Assembly (NCBI GenBank): GCA_021807785.1
Contig: JAKBCO010000001.1
Coordinates: 1-41,236 of the forward strand
DNA: 41,236 bases
Source: Pseudomonadota bacterium
Lineage (GTDB): Bacteria; Pseudomonadota; Alphaproteobacteria; Acetobacterales; Acetobacteraceae
Reading direction: 5' to 3'
The notes below the pieces were generated by a model. It saw only the letters and a list, made by a program, of their open reading frames with translations. It did not search any database and was not told the origin of the DNA. Position 1 is the first letter of the stretch, and every line of letters begins with the position of its first letter. This document shows positions 1 to 8,823 of the stretch, piece by piece. The position numbers were made by a program, and so were the translations under genes.

Positions 1-1673
1 CCGACATTGGGATCGCGGCGGTAGCCCAGGATCGCCTCGGCCACGCCGCGCGCCATGGGTTGGGCCAGGAAGCACCGCGCCGCCGCGCCCAGCCGCGCCC
101 GCATCTCCGCCCCGCGCGCGGCGAGCGATGCCGCGTCCGGCAGGTTCAGCGCCACCGCGCCCATTTCCGTCTTGTGGGCGAGCGCGGGGCCGGCCGCTTT
201 CAGGGCCACCGGATAGGCCAGATCGGCGGGCGGGGCGGCGGGGTCGATGACGCGGGCGGAATCGGCCAGGCCGAGGGCGGCGAAGACTGCCCGCGCGCCG
301 GGCTCGTCATCGGCCGCCGCCAGCAAACCGGCCGCGGCGGAGAGGTCGCCCAGGTCCGGGGCCACGCGCGGGGCCCGCCAGTCGAGGAAGGCGCGGATGG
401 CGTCGGCGCAGGGTTCGGGGTTGCGGAAGGCGGCGATGCCGGCCTCGGTCAGCAGCCGCAACGAGGCTTCGGCGTGCGGCACCAGGAAGGCGGCAACCGG
501 ATGCGGGCCGGTGGAGGCGACGATGCCGGAGACCGCATCCTGCGGGCGGAACTGCGCCGAGGAGCCGATCACCGCCACTGCGAGGTCCGCGTCCGGCGCG
601 GCGCGGGCTTCCGACAGCGCGGCGGCGACCGCGTCGCGGCCCATGCCGGCGAGGGTGGTGTCCAGCATATGCGCGGTGCCGATGCCGGCGAGGCCGAGCC
701 GATCGACCACCATCGCCCCGCCGCCGCCGGTGGTGGTGACCACCCGCACCGCGCGCTTCGGTGCCGCGAGCGGGCGGCGGCCGAGCAGCAGCGGCGGGAG
801 CTCCAGCAGTGCCTCGATGGTATCGACGCGGACGATGCCGTGGGCGCGGAAGAAGGCGTCGGCCGCGGCGTCGGAGCCGGCCATGGCGCCGGTATGGGTG
901 GCGGCGAGTTTTGCCCCCGCCTCGGACCGGCCGAGCTTATAGGCGATCACCGGCTTGCCGGCGGCGAAGGCGGCGCGGGCGCCGGCGGCGAACAGGTCCG
1001 GGCGGCGGATGGTTTCCAGGAACAGCAGGATCGCGTCGGTGTCCGGGTCCTGCGCCAGCAGGCCGAGGATTTCGCCGGCGGTCAGATCCGCTTCGTTGCC
1101 CATCGAGACCAGCTTGGCGAAGCCGGCCCCGCGCGCGGCGGCGCGGGAGAGGAGGGTGCCCATCACGCTGCCCGATTGCGAGACCAGCGACCAGCGTCCT
1201 TCGGGCAGGGTCTCGACCTCCAGCACCGCGTTGACCGAGCAGGCGGTGTGGGCGGGGACGTTGACCACCCCCATCGAATTCGGCCCGAGCAGGCGCAGCC
1301 CTCCGGCGCGGGCCTGGGCGGCGAGCGCGGCCTGGCGGGCGGCACCGTCGGCGCCGGCTTCGGCGAAGCCGTCGGCGAGGATCGCGGCGGCGGGGATGCG
1401 CCGGGCGATGCACTCGGCGACGGCGGCCTCGACGTGCTGGGTGCCGGTGAGGATGTAGGCGAAGTCGATCTCGCCCGGGATGGCATCGAGGCTGGCGTAG
1501 GCGCGCTCCCCCTGCACGGTTTCGGCGCGGGGGTTCACGGGGAACAACGCGCCGGTGAAGCCGTGGCGGCGGAGGTAGCGCTGGGCGCGGGCGGGGATGC
1601 GCGCGGGGTCGGCGGAGGCACCGATCAGGGCGATGCGGCTTGGGGCGAGGAGGGGCGGGGCGAGGGGGGTCAT
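1..1673 (-). CDS. Acetate--CoA ligase (ADP-forming) / NDP-forming acyl-CoA synthetase family protein; start is in the window, C-terminus is cut by the window edge
   Basis: Absent from the ORF track because no stop lies in the window. Hand translation of the minus strand from ATG 1673..1671 gives MTPLAPPLLAPSRIALIGASADPARIPARAQRYLRRHGFTGALFPVNPRAETVQGERAYASLDAIPGEIDFAYILTG (CoA-binding domain). It continues LLGPNSMGVVN and SQSGSVMGTLLSRAAARGAGFAKLVSMGNEADL (succinyl-CoA-ligase-like domain), then YPVALKAAGPALAHKTEMGAVALNL (ATP-grasp_5-like). The frame stays open for 557 codons down to position 3. The ATG overlaps the TGA of the upstream gene (ATGA at 1670-1673). Confidence 0.88.
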   Translation of the reverse strand, partial: MTPLAPPLLAPSRIALIGASADPARIPARAQRYLRRHGFTGALFPVNPRAETVQGERAYASLDAIPGEIDFAYILTGTQHVEAAVAECIARRIPAAAILADGFAEAGADGAARQAALAAQARAGGLRLLGPNSMGVVNVPAHTACSVNAVLEVETLPEGRWSLVSQSGSVMGTLLSRAAARGAGFAKLVSMGNEADLTAGEILGLLAQDPDTDAILLFLETIRRPDLFAAGARAAFAAGKPVIAYKLGRSEAGAKLAATHTGAMAGSDAAADAFFRAHGIVRVDTIEALLELPPLLLGRRPLAAPKRAVRVVTTTGGGGAMVVDRLGLAGIGTAHMLDTTLAGMGRDAVAAALSEARAAPDADLAVAVIGSSAQFRPQDAVSGIVASTGPHPVAAFLVPHAEASLRLLTEAGIAAFRNPEPCADAIRAFLDWRAPRVAPDLGDLSAAAGLLAAADDEPGARAVFAALGLADSARVIDPAAPPADLAYPVALKAAGPALAHKTEMGAVALNLPDAASLAARGAEMRARLGAAARCFLAQPMARGVAEAILGYRRDPNV

Positions 1674-3403
1674 TGGTCCGATTTCATCTGGCGGCTGCGA
1701 CGCGGCGATGGGGAAGGAAATTTCGATCCCTTTCCCCATACGACGTTCGGGCCTCGTTGCTGAGGTGAAATCCGTGCCAGGATACCACGTTCCACCAGGT
1801 TGCCGATGATGTCGCGTGCCTGATAGACGCCGACGTCGAGAAAGTTCTGCAAAGTCCGATTGTTGATGTGCCCGTAGTCCTGCACATGGGCGATGATCTT
1901 GCGGTCGGTGTCGTCGGTGCTGGGACGGTGATAGGTCACCGCGGTGCCGAGTTTGCGGATCGCTTCGCCGCGCAGCCGATAGACGCCCTTGCGGCGCGGG
2001 CCGGATTGCCTCGTCCGCTCGATCAGCCCGACCGGATCGCTTGCCAGCCGGCGCAGCACGGCCTCGGCCTCGGCGGGGCTGCGTTGCAGCAGCGGGGCGG
2101 CCTGATCCGCCGTCACCGTCCGTCGCGCGCAGAGATGCATGAGGATCAGCATGGTATCGGTGTCCTCGCGTTCGTCGGCCGGCATGTCGGCGACGAAGCG
2201 GGCGATCTGGGTGTTCGGCGCGCCGCCGGTCAGGACAACGCGGACCTGATGGATATCGGCCTCGATGGTCGGAACCGGCCGGCCGGACCGGATCATCTCG
2301 CGCCACATCCGATCGATGCCGCGCCCGGTCTCCTCGGCAAGCCCCAGGCTGCGGACGATCTTGGTCAGCGCCGCATTGCGTGGCCGGGAGGGGGTGGTGA
2401 GGATGTTTTGCGGCGTCACCCCGGACACCAGCGGGCCCGGCGAGGCGATCAGCAGGATGGAGGGGGAATGCTCGATCTGGATCGGGCCGGGCAGGCGGTA
2501 ATCGCGATGGCAGAAGGCGTTCGACAGCGCCTCGCGCACGGCGAGCAGGGGGAAATCCGCCAGCTCCAGCCGCTGCCCGTTCGGCAGCGCGAGCGGGGTC
2601 AGGCTCTGCCGCGCGCTGATCAGCCCCATCGTGCGTTCGAATGCGATGATCCCGGGCGTGGCGAGGCGGTCCACCGCGCGCGGGTCGCCCCCTGGCGTGG
2701 CGCGGTACTGATAGGCCACCATCTCCGGCAGGTCGCGGTCCGGGCCGGCAAACATCACCGCGCCACCGTGGTTGAGCCTTCCGTCCCCGGTCAGGGCGCC
2801 GATCGCCGCCAGCAGGTCCCGGTCGGAAAGCTGGGCGAGGCTGCGACGCAGATCGGGCAGCGCGGCGAGCAACCGCCGGGCCATCCCCATCGCCTCGGGC
2901 ACCAGGCCGTCGAGGCTGGTGGCCGCCGCCTGGGCCGACCAGTCGATGCCGCGTCGTTCCTCCCGCAGCCGCTCCTGCTGCCAGGGGTCCATTGGCAGGC
3001 AATCGCGGTTGATCCGGCGGAACGCGCGCCCCTGGCGGTCGGAATGGATATCCGCGCTCTGCGGAACGAGGATCAGCAGCACGGCCGGGTCGGCGAGGTA
3101 GCGGCTGACCTCGACCGTCAACGGCGGTGTGGAGAGTTCATGGACCCGCTGGCGGATGCGTTCGGGGGTGAGGGCGGTGCCCGTCAGCGCCGCCTCGCCG
3201 CGCTCGCGGTCAGCAACGCCCAGCACCACGGTCCCGCCGGCGCTGTTGGCAAAGCAGATGGCCGCCTCGGCCAGCAGCCGTTCGGTCTCTCCCGGCGCGG
3301 CGCGATCTTCCTTGAAATCGAGGGTTTCCGATTCAAGGTCGGCCGGGCGTTCGCCGCCACGGACCCGGTCCAGCGCCGCGATCGCTTCGTCCCGGAGGCT
3401 CAT
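1670..3403 (-). CDS. AlbA_2 (Schlafen-like 'divergent AAA') + HATPase_c_4 (RecG C-terminal-like) + C-terminal winged-helix protein; this family is usually annotated as a putative DNA-binding/ATP-binding transcriptional regulator
   Basis: 577-aa ORF. The N-terminus ESETLDFKEDRA...AICFANSAGGTVVLGVADR fits the AlbA_2 signature. The middle LAVREALSNAFCHRDYRLPGPIQIEHSPSILLIASPGPL...SRPRNAALTKIVRSLGLAEETGRGIDRM fits the HATPase_c_4 signature (REAL.NA..HRDY ... PG ... RN ... E..GrGI). The last ~80 aa (HINNRTLQNFLDVGVYQARDIIGNLVERGIL) look like a wHTH. I see no recognisable Shine-Dalgarno upstream of ATG 3403. The stop overlaps the next gene's ATG. Confidence 0.85.
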   Translation of the reverse strand: MSLRDEAIAALDRVRGGERPADLESETLDFKEDRAAPGETERLLAEAAICFANSAGGTVVLGVADRERGEAALTGTALTPERIRQRVHELSTPPLTVEVSRYLADPAVLLILVPQSADIHSDRQGRAFRRINRDCLPMDPWQQERLREERRGIDWSAQAAATSLDGLVPEAMGMARRLLAALPDLRRSLAQLSDRDLLAAIGALTGDGRLNHGGAVMFAGPDRDLPEMVAYQYRATPGGDPRAVDRLATPGIIAFERTMGLISARQSLTPLALPNGQRLELADFPLLAVREALSNAFCHRDYRLPGPIQIEHSPSILLIASPGPLVSGVTPQNILTTPSRPRNAALTKIVRSLGLAEETGRGIDRMWREMIRSGRPVPTIEADIHQVRVVLTGGAPNTQIARFVADMPADEREDTDTMLILMHLCARRTVTADQAAPLLQRSPAEAEAVLRRLASDPVGLIERTRQSGPRRKGVYRLRGEAIRKLGTAVTYHRPSTDDTDRKIIAHVQDYGHINNRTLQNFLDVGVYQARDIIGNLVERGILARISPQQRGPNVVWGKGSKFPSPSPRRSRQMKSDQ

Positions 3404-3415
3404 GTTTGATCCAGG

Positions 3416-3452
3416 TTTGGGGGAGCCCTACAAACTGTAGGGTGCCCCCAAA
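3416..3452. promoter_or_regulatory. 37-nt near-perfect inverted repeat (17-bp arms, 3-nt centre); possible operator or hairpin terminator/insulator between the SDR gene and the AlbA_2-family gene
   Basis: The sequence is TTTGGGGGAGCCCTACA-AAC-TGTAGGGTGCCCCCAAA, with one mismatch and one G:T across the 17 arm positions. It lies 18 nt downstream of the SDR stop (3470) and 13 nt upstream of ATG 3403, in a 55% G+C patch (hand count over 3401-3460). No U/T tract follows on either strand. Confidence 0.4.
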
Positions 3453-3469
3453 CGTTCGTCAAACTTCGC

Positions 3470-4384
3470 CTATAGCGGGTCCCAGGAAAACACCTCCCCG
3501 GAGCGGTCCAACGGCATGAACGCCGCCTTCAGCGCCGGCAATGCGTGCTCGGCGATGGTCTCCGGCGTCCAGCCCTCGGCCCGGTGGACGATTCGCGCCG
3601 GTCGCGGCGAGGTGAACAGGATCAGCTCGTTCATGCGCGTCCCGAACACCTGCCCGGTCACGTCCTTCGCCGCGTCCGAGGCCAGGAAGACCGCGCAGGG
3701 CGCGTTCTTGTCCGGCGTCATCGCCTGGATCTTCGCCACCCGCGCCTGCTGTTCCGGCGTGGTCGCGGGAATGGTGCTGGTCATCCGGCTCCAGGCGAAC
3801 GGCGCGATGCAGTTCGAGCGCACATTGTAGCGCTTCATGTCGAGCGCGATCGACTTCGACAGCGCGGTGATCCCGAGCTTGGCGGCGGCGTAGTTGGCCT
3901 GGCCGAAATTGCCGATCAGCCCGGAGGTGGACGACATGTGCACGAAGGCGCCGCTCTCCTGCTTGCGGAAATGCTCGGCGGCGGCGCGGCTGGTGAAGAA
4001 GCTGCCGTTCAGGTGCACGCCGATCACCGCCAGCCAGTCCTCCGGCGTCATCTTGTGGAAGATCACGTCGCGCAGGATGCCGGCGTTGTTCACCACGATG
4101 TCGATGCGCCCGAAATGATCCAGCGCGGCCTGGATGATCTTCTGGGCGCTGCCCCATTCCGAAACCGAATCGGTGCTGATCTCGGCGATGCCGCCGCGCT
4201 GTTCGATCAGCTGCTTGGTCTGCTGGGCCGGAGTGGCCGAGGCGCCCTCGCCGGAGACCGAGGCGCCGACGTCGTTGATGATGATCTTCGCCCCCTGGCC
4301 GGCCATCATCAGCGCGATCTCGCGGCCGATCCCGCCGCCCGATCCGGTGACCACCGCGACCTTGCCTTGCAGCATTCCTGGCAT
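3470..4384 (-). CDS. SDR-family oxidoreductase, MFE-2-type (3R)-hydroxyacyl-CoA dehydrogenase-like
   Basis: 304-aa ORF with GKVAVVTGSGGGIGR (Rossmann TGxxxGxG), NNAGILRD, and SS...YAAAK catalytic Ser/Tyr/Lys. The pattern IINDVG...GRIDIVVNNAGILRD...GNFGQANYAAAKLG...APFAWSRMT is typical of the dehydrogenase domain of multifunctional enzyme type 2. SD GGAGGAGG lies 7 nt before the ATG. Confidence 0.88.
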   Translation of the reverse strand: MPGMLQGKVAVVTGSGGGIGREIALMMAGQGAKIIINDVGASVSGEGASATPAQQTKQLIEQRGGIAEISTDSVSEWGSAQKIIQAALDHFGRIDIVVNNAGILRDVIFHKMTPEDWLAVIGVHLNGSFFTSRAAAEHFRKQESGAFVHMSSTSGLIGNFGQANYAAAKLGITALSKSIALDMKRYNVRSNCIAPFAWSRMTSTIPATTPEQQARVAKIQAMTPDKNAPCAVFLASDAAKDVTGQVFGTRMNELILFTSPRPARIVHRAEGWTPETIAEHALPALKAAFMPLDRSGEVFSWDPL

Positions 4385-4478
4385 GAACGAACCTCCTCCG
4401 GTTGGAACCCGGCCACGTTAGGCGGCCCCGCCGGCGCGCGCTAGACTGCGCCCCGGACCACGGGGGAGCCGCGCCGGG

Positions 4479-5408
4479 ATGCATGCCGAACTGCTCTGCA
4501 TGGGCGAACCGATGCTGGAGTTCAACCGGCTGCCCGCCGATGCCGAAGGCCGGGTGCTGTATCTGGAGGGCCACGGGGGCGATACCTCGAACGCCGCCGT
4601 TGCCGCCGCCCGCGCCGGGGCTTCGGTGGGGATGATCGCCGCCATCGGCGACGATCCGGCCGGGGAGGCGTTCCGCGCGATGTGGGCGCGCGAGGGGGTG
4701 GATGCCGCCACCGTCCGCACCGATCCCGGCCACCCCACGGCGGTGTATTTCGTTTTCCACGGGCCGGAGGGGCACCGGTTCCTGCACTATCGCGCCAATT
4801 CCGCCGCCGCCAACTACGCCCCGGCCGATCTGCCGCTGGCCGCGATCGGCGCCTGCCGGGCGCTGTTCCTGTCCGGGATCAGCCTGGGCATTTCCGCCGC
4901 CGCCGCCGATGCGGGGCTGGCCGCCATCGCCGCCGCCCGCGCCGCCGGGGCGCTGGTGGCGTTCGATACCAACTACCGGCCGCGGCTGTGGCCGCCGGCG
5001 CGGGCGCGGGCGGTGATGGAAGCCGCCATCGCCATGGCCGACATCGTCTTCCCCGGCGAGGAGGATGCCCTCGCGATGCTGGGCCTGACCGACCCGGCTG
5101 CCATCCTGGCGCATTACCGCGGCCTCGGCCCGGGGATCGTGGCGTTCAAGCGCGGGGCCGGCGGGGTGGCGCTGGCGACCGCGCGGGGCCGGCTGGATAT
5201 GCCCGCCCATCGGGTGGCTGCGGTGGATGCGACCGGGGCGGGGGATACGTTCTGCGGCAGCTTCCTCGCCCGCATCCTGGCCGGCGATGCGCCGGAGGAC
5301 GCCGCGCGCTACGCCAACGCCGCCGCGGCGCTGAAATGCACCGGCTACGGGGCGGTGGCGCCGATCCCGCGCCCCGCGGCGGTGCGCGCGCTGCTGACCG
5401 CGGGCTGA
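4479..5408 (+). CDS. kdgK: PfkB-family sugar kinase, probably 2-dehydro-3-deoxygluconokinase
   Basis: 309-aa ORF. The N-terminal CMGEPMLEF and GGDTSNAAVAAARAG motifs and the C-terminal DATGAGDTFCGSFLA (PfkB signature 2, DTxGAGD) fit a KdgK-like PfkB kinase. SD GGGGGAG lies upstream. Confidence 0.8.
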   Translation: MHAELLCMGEPMLEFNRLPADAEGRVLYLEGHGGDTSNAAVAAARAGASVGMIAAIGDDPAGEAFRAMWAREGVDAATVRTDPGHPTAVYFVFHGPEGHRFLHYRANSAAANYAPADLPLAAIGACRALFLSGISLGISAAAADAGLAAIAAARAAGALVAFDTNYRPRLWPPARARAVMEAAIAMADIVFPGEEDALAMLGLTDPAAILAHYRGLGPGIVAFKRGAGGVALATARGRLDMPAHRVAAVDATGAGDTFCGSFLARILAGDAPEDAARYANAAAALKCTGYGAVAPIPRPAAVRALLTAG

Positions 5409-5430
5409 TCCGGCCCTTGCACCGCTCCGC

Positions 5431-5454
5431 GGCCCGGGTTCCAATGCCCGGGCC
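5431..5454 (+). other. GC hairpin (8-bp stem, 8-nt loop) that ends immediately before the SD of the DUF35 gene
   Basis: GGCCCGGG-TTCCAATG-CCCGGGCC is followed directly by AGGAGG (5455-5460) and ATG 5468. It lies 23 nt after the kdgK stop. There is no T tract. Confidence 0.3.
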
Positions 5455-5467
5455 AGGAGGAAACCCC

Positions 5468-5878
5468 ATGCCCGAGCCCGCCCGCGCCCGTCCGCAGCCG
5501 ACGCCCGAGACCCAGCATTTCTGGGACGGCACCCGCGCGGGGGAACTCCGGCTGCAACGCTGCGATGCCTGCGCGAAGGTGTATTTCCCGCCGCGCCCGT
5601 TCTGCCCCGCCTGCGCCTCGCGCTCGGTCAGCGTGTTCGCTGCTTCCGGCCGCGGCAGCCTCTACAGCTATGTGATCCATCACCGGAAGGTGCCGGGGTT
5701 CACGCCGCCCTATGCCATCGCCGTGGTGCAGCTCGACGAAGGGCCGCGCATGATGAGCAACATCACCGGCTGCGCGCAGACGCCGGAGGCGTTGGCACTG
5801 GATATGCCTCTCGAAGTTGCCTTCGAGAAGCTCGATGACGAGATCACCCTGCCCCTGTTCCGCCCGGCGAAAGGCTGA
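5468..5878 (+). CDS. Zn-ribbon/OB-fold protein (DUF35 family), partner of the SCP-x-type thiolase
   Basis: This is the C-terminal 136 codons of track ORF 4682..5878. ATG 5468 is preceded by AGGAGG. The rubredoxin-like CDAC...CPAC motif (LQRCDACAKVYFPPRPFCPACAS) followed by an OB-fold segment (GSLYSYVIHH...AVVQLDEGPRMMSNI) is the DUF35 pattern. Confidence 0.88.
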   Translation: MPEPARARPQPTPETQHFWDGTRAGELRLQRCDACAKVYFPPRPFCPACASRSVSVFAASGRGSLYSYVIHHRKVPGFTPPYAIAVVQLDEGPRMMSNITGCAQTPEALALDMPLEVAFEKLDDEITLPLFRPAKG

Positions 5879-5883
5879 CCGCG

Positions 5884-7026
5884 ATGACCCCGAACAGCGT
5901 CGCCATCGTGGGTGCGGCCGAAACCACCCGCCTCGGCACCATTCCGGATATGAGCCAGATCCAGCTGCACGCCGATGCCGCGCTGAACGCGATGGCGGAT
6001 GCCGGGCTGAAGCCCGCGGATATCGACGGGGTGGCGACCGCGGTCGAGACGCCGCAGCAGATCGCGCATTACCTGGGCATCACGCCGTCCTGGGTGGATG
6101 GCACCTCGGTGGGCGGGTGTTCGTTCATGATCCATGTCCGCCACGCGGCGGCGGCGATCGCGTCGGGCCTGTGCAAGACGGTGCTGGTGACGCATGGGGA
6201 AAGCGGCAAGTCGCGGGTCGGCAACCCGCCGCGGACGGTGCCGCCATCGTCGCTCGCCGGGCAGTTCGAGCAGCCGTTCGGCCCGATGGGCCCGCCGTCG
6301 CTGTTCCCGATCCCGGTGCTGCGCTACATGAAGACCTATGGCGTGACGCATGAGCAGATCGCCATGGTCGCGGTGGTGCAGCGGGAATGGGCGGCGAAGA
6401 ACCCGCGCGCGACCTTCCGCGACCCGATCACCGTGGAAGACGTGCTGAATTCGCGCATGATCGCCTACCCGTTTCGGCTGTTGCAATGCTGCCTGGTGAC
6501 CGATGGCGGCGGCGCGCTGATCCTGACATCGGCCGAGCGGGCGCGGGATTTTCCCCGCAAGCCGGTCTATATCCTGGGCACCGGGGAGAGCGTGGAGACG
6601 CCGATGGTGAGCCAGATGGAGGATTTCACCTCCTCGCGCGCGTTCCGCGTCGCCGGGCCCACCGCCTTCCGCGAGGCCGGGATCACCCATGAGGACGTCG
6701 ATCACCTGATGATCTATGACGCCTTCGCGCATCTGCCGCTCTATGGGCTGGAGGATCTGGGCTTCGTGCCGCGCGGGGAGGCCGGGCGGTTCATCGCCGA
6801 GCGGAATACCGCGCCGGGCGGGAAGCTGCCGCTCAACACCAATGGCGGCGGGCTGTCCTATATGCACTCCGGGATGTACGGGATGTATGCGTTGCAGGAG
6901 AGCGTGCGGCAGATGCGCGGGATCGCACCGGCGCAAGTCGCGGGCGCGAAAATCTCGGTCTGTCATGGCGTGGGGGGCATGTTCGCTGCTTCCGGCACCA
7001 TCATCTTCGGCAACGAGCGGCCCTGA
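5884..7026 (+). CDS. Thiolase-fold protein, SCP-x / lipid-transfer-type (non-AtoB) thiolase or aldol-lyase
   Basis: 380-aa ORF starting 5 nt after the DUF35 stop. Motifs include VAIVGAAET, GGCSFMIHVRHAAAAIASG and NTNGGGLSYMHSGMYGMYALQESVRQMRG, typical of thiolases that pair with DUF35 proteins. Confidence 0.88.
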   Translation: MTPNSVAIVGAAETTRLGTIPDMSQIQLHADAALNAMADAGLKPADIDGVATAVETPQQIAHYLGITPSWVDGTSVGGCSFMIHVRHAAAAIASGLCKTVLVTHGESGKSRVGNPPRTVPPSSLAGQFEQPFGPMGPPSLFPIPVLRYMKTYGVTHEQIAMVAVVQREWAAKNPRATFRDPITVEDVLNSRMIAYPFRLLQCCLVTDGGGALILTSAERARDFPRKPVYILGTGESVETPMVSQMEDFTSSRAFRVAGPTAFREAGITHEDVDHLMIYDAFAHLPLYGLEDLGFVPRGEAGRFIAERNTAPGGKLPLNTNGGGLSYMHSGMYGMYALQESVRQMRGIAPAQVAGAKISVCHGVGGMFAASGTIIFGNERP

Positions 7027-7134
7027 GACGCAACTGTCCGGGGTCGGCGGCGGCAACAAATCGGTCATGCCCGCGCGCTTGCGCGCCTGGCCTGGGTGAG
7101 GCAGCTTCGCGCGGTGCAACAGGGAGAGACCCGC

Positions 7135-7553
7135 ATGCCCAGCTTCACCGGCGGCTGCCTGTGCGGCGCCGTGCGCTACACCGCCGATGGCGAGCCTGCC
7201 TTCGTCGGCGTCTGCCATTGCCACAACTGCCAGCGCGCCACCGGCAGCGCCTTCTCCTCGGTGGTGGGAATGCCGGAGGCGGCGCTGACGGTCACCGGCA
7301 GCCCGGCGACTTTCCGCGACACCGGCGACAGCGGCAAGGCGATGCTGCGCCAGTTCTGCCCCGCCTGCGGCTCCAGCCTGTTTGCCCGCGCCGAGGCGAT
7401 GCCGGGCATGGTGATGGTGCTGACCGGCAGCCTGGACGATGCGGGCTGGGTGAAGCCCGCGGTAGAGATTTTCTGCGACAGCGCCCAGCCCTGGGTGGCG
7501 CTGGGCGGGGAGATGCAGCGCTTCCCGGGGATGATCGGCGCTCCCGGGGGTGC

Positions 7554-7557
<4 letters not shown>
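7135..7557 (+). CDS. GFA-family (CENP-V/glutathione-dependent formaldehyde-activating-like) zinc protein
   Basis: GGCLCGAVRY...CHCHNCQRATGSAF...FCPACGS is the GFA Cys pattern. I trimmed the start to ATG 7135, which has SD GGGAGAG; the track ORF begins at GTG 7096. Confidence 0.85.
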
Positions 7558-8750
<1,193 letters not shown>

Positions 8751-8823
8751 CGGTCCCTCCCGGGCAGCCGCCGGAGACTGTCCCCGTCGCGGCGGGGCCG
8801 TCAACCATGCTAAAAGGCAGATC

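Noticed and set aside
7073-7086. The GCGCGC-TT-GCGCGC palindrome in the thiolase/GFA spacer, considered as a possible terminator.
   Set aside because: A 2-nt loop is sterically too small for a hairpin. The sequence is trivial in GC-rich DNA, and no T tract follows.
8751-8823. A search for a Pho box or another obvious promoter upstream of the chain that ends in ppk-ppx, because ppk is phosphate-regulated in some bacteria.
   Set aside because: The region has only weak GTC-containing half-sites (CTGTCC ... CCGTCA) at a spacing that does not fit the 11-bp periodicity of PhoB boxes. The one AT-rich patch (TGCTAAAAGG) may be a -10 or an SD. This is not enough to call.
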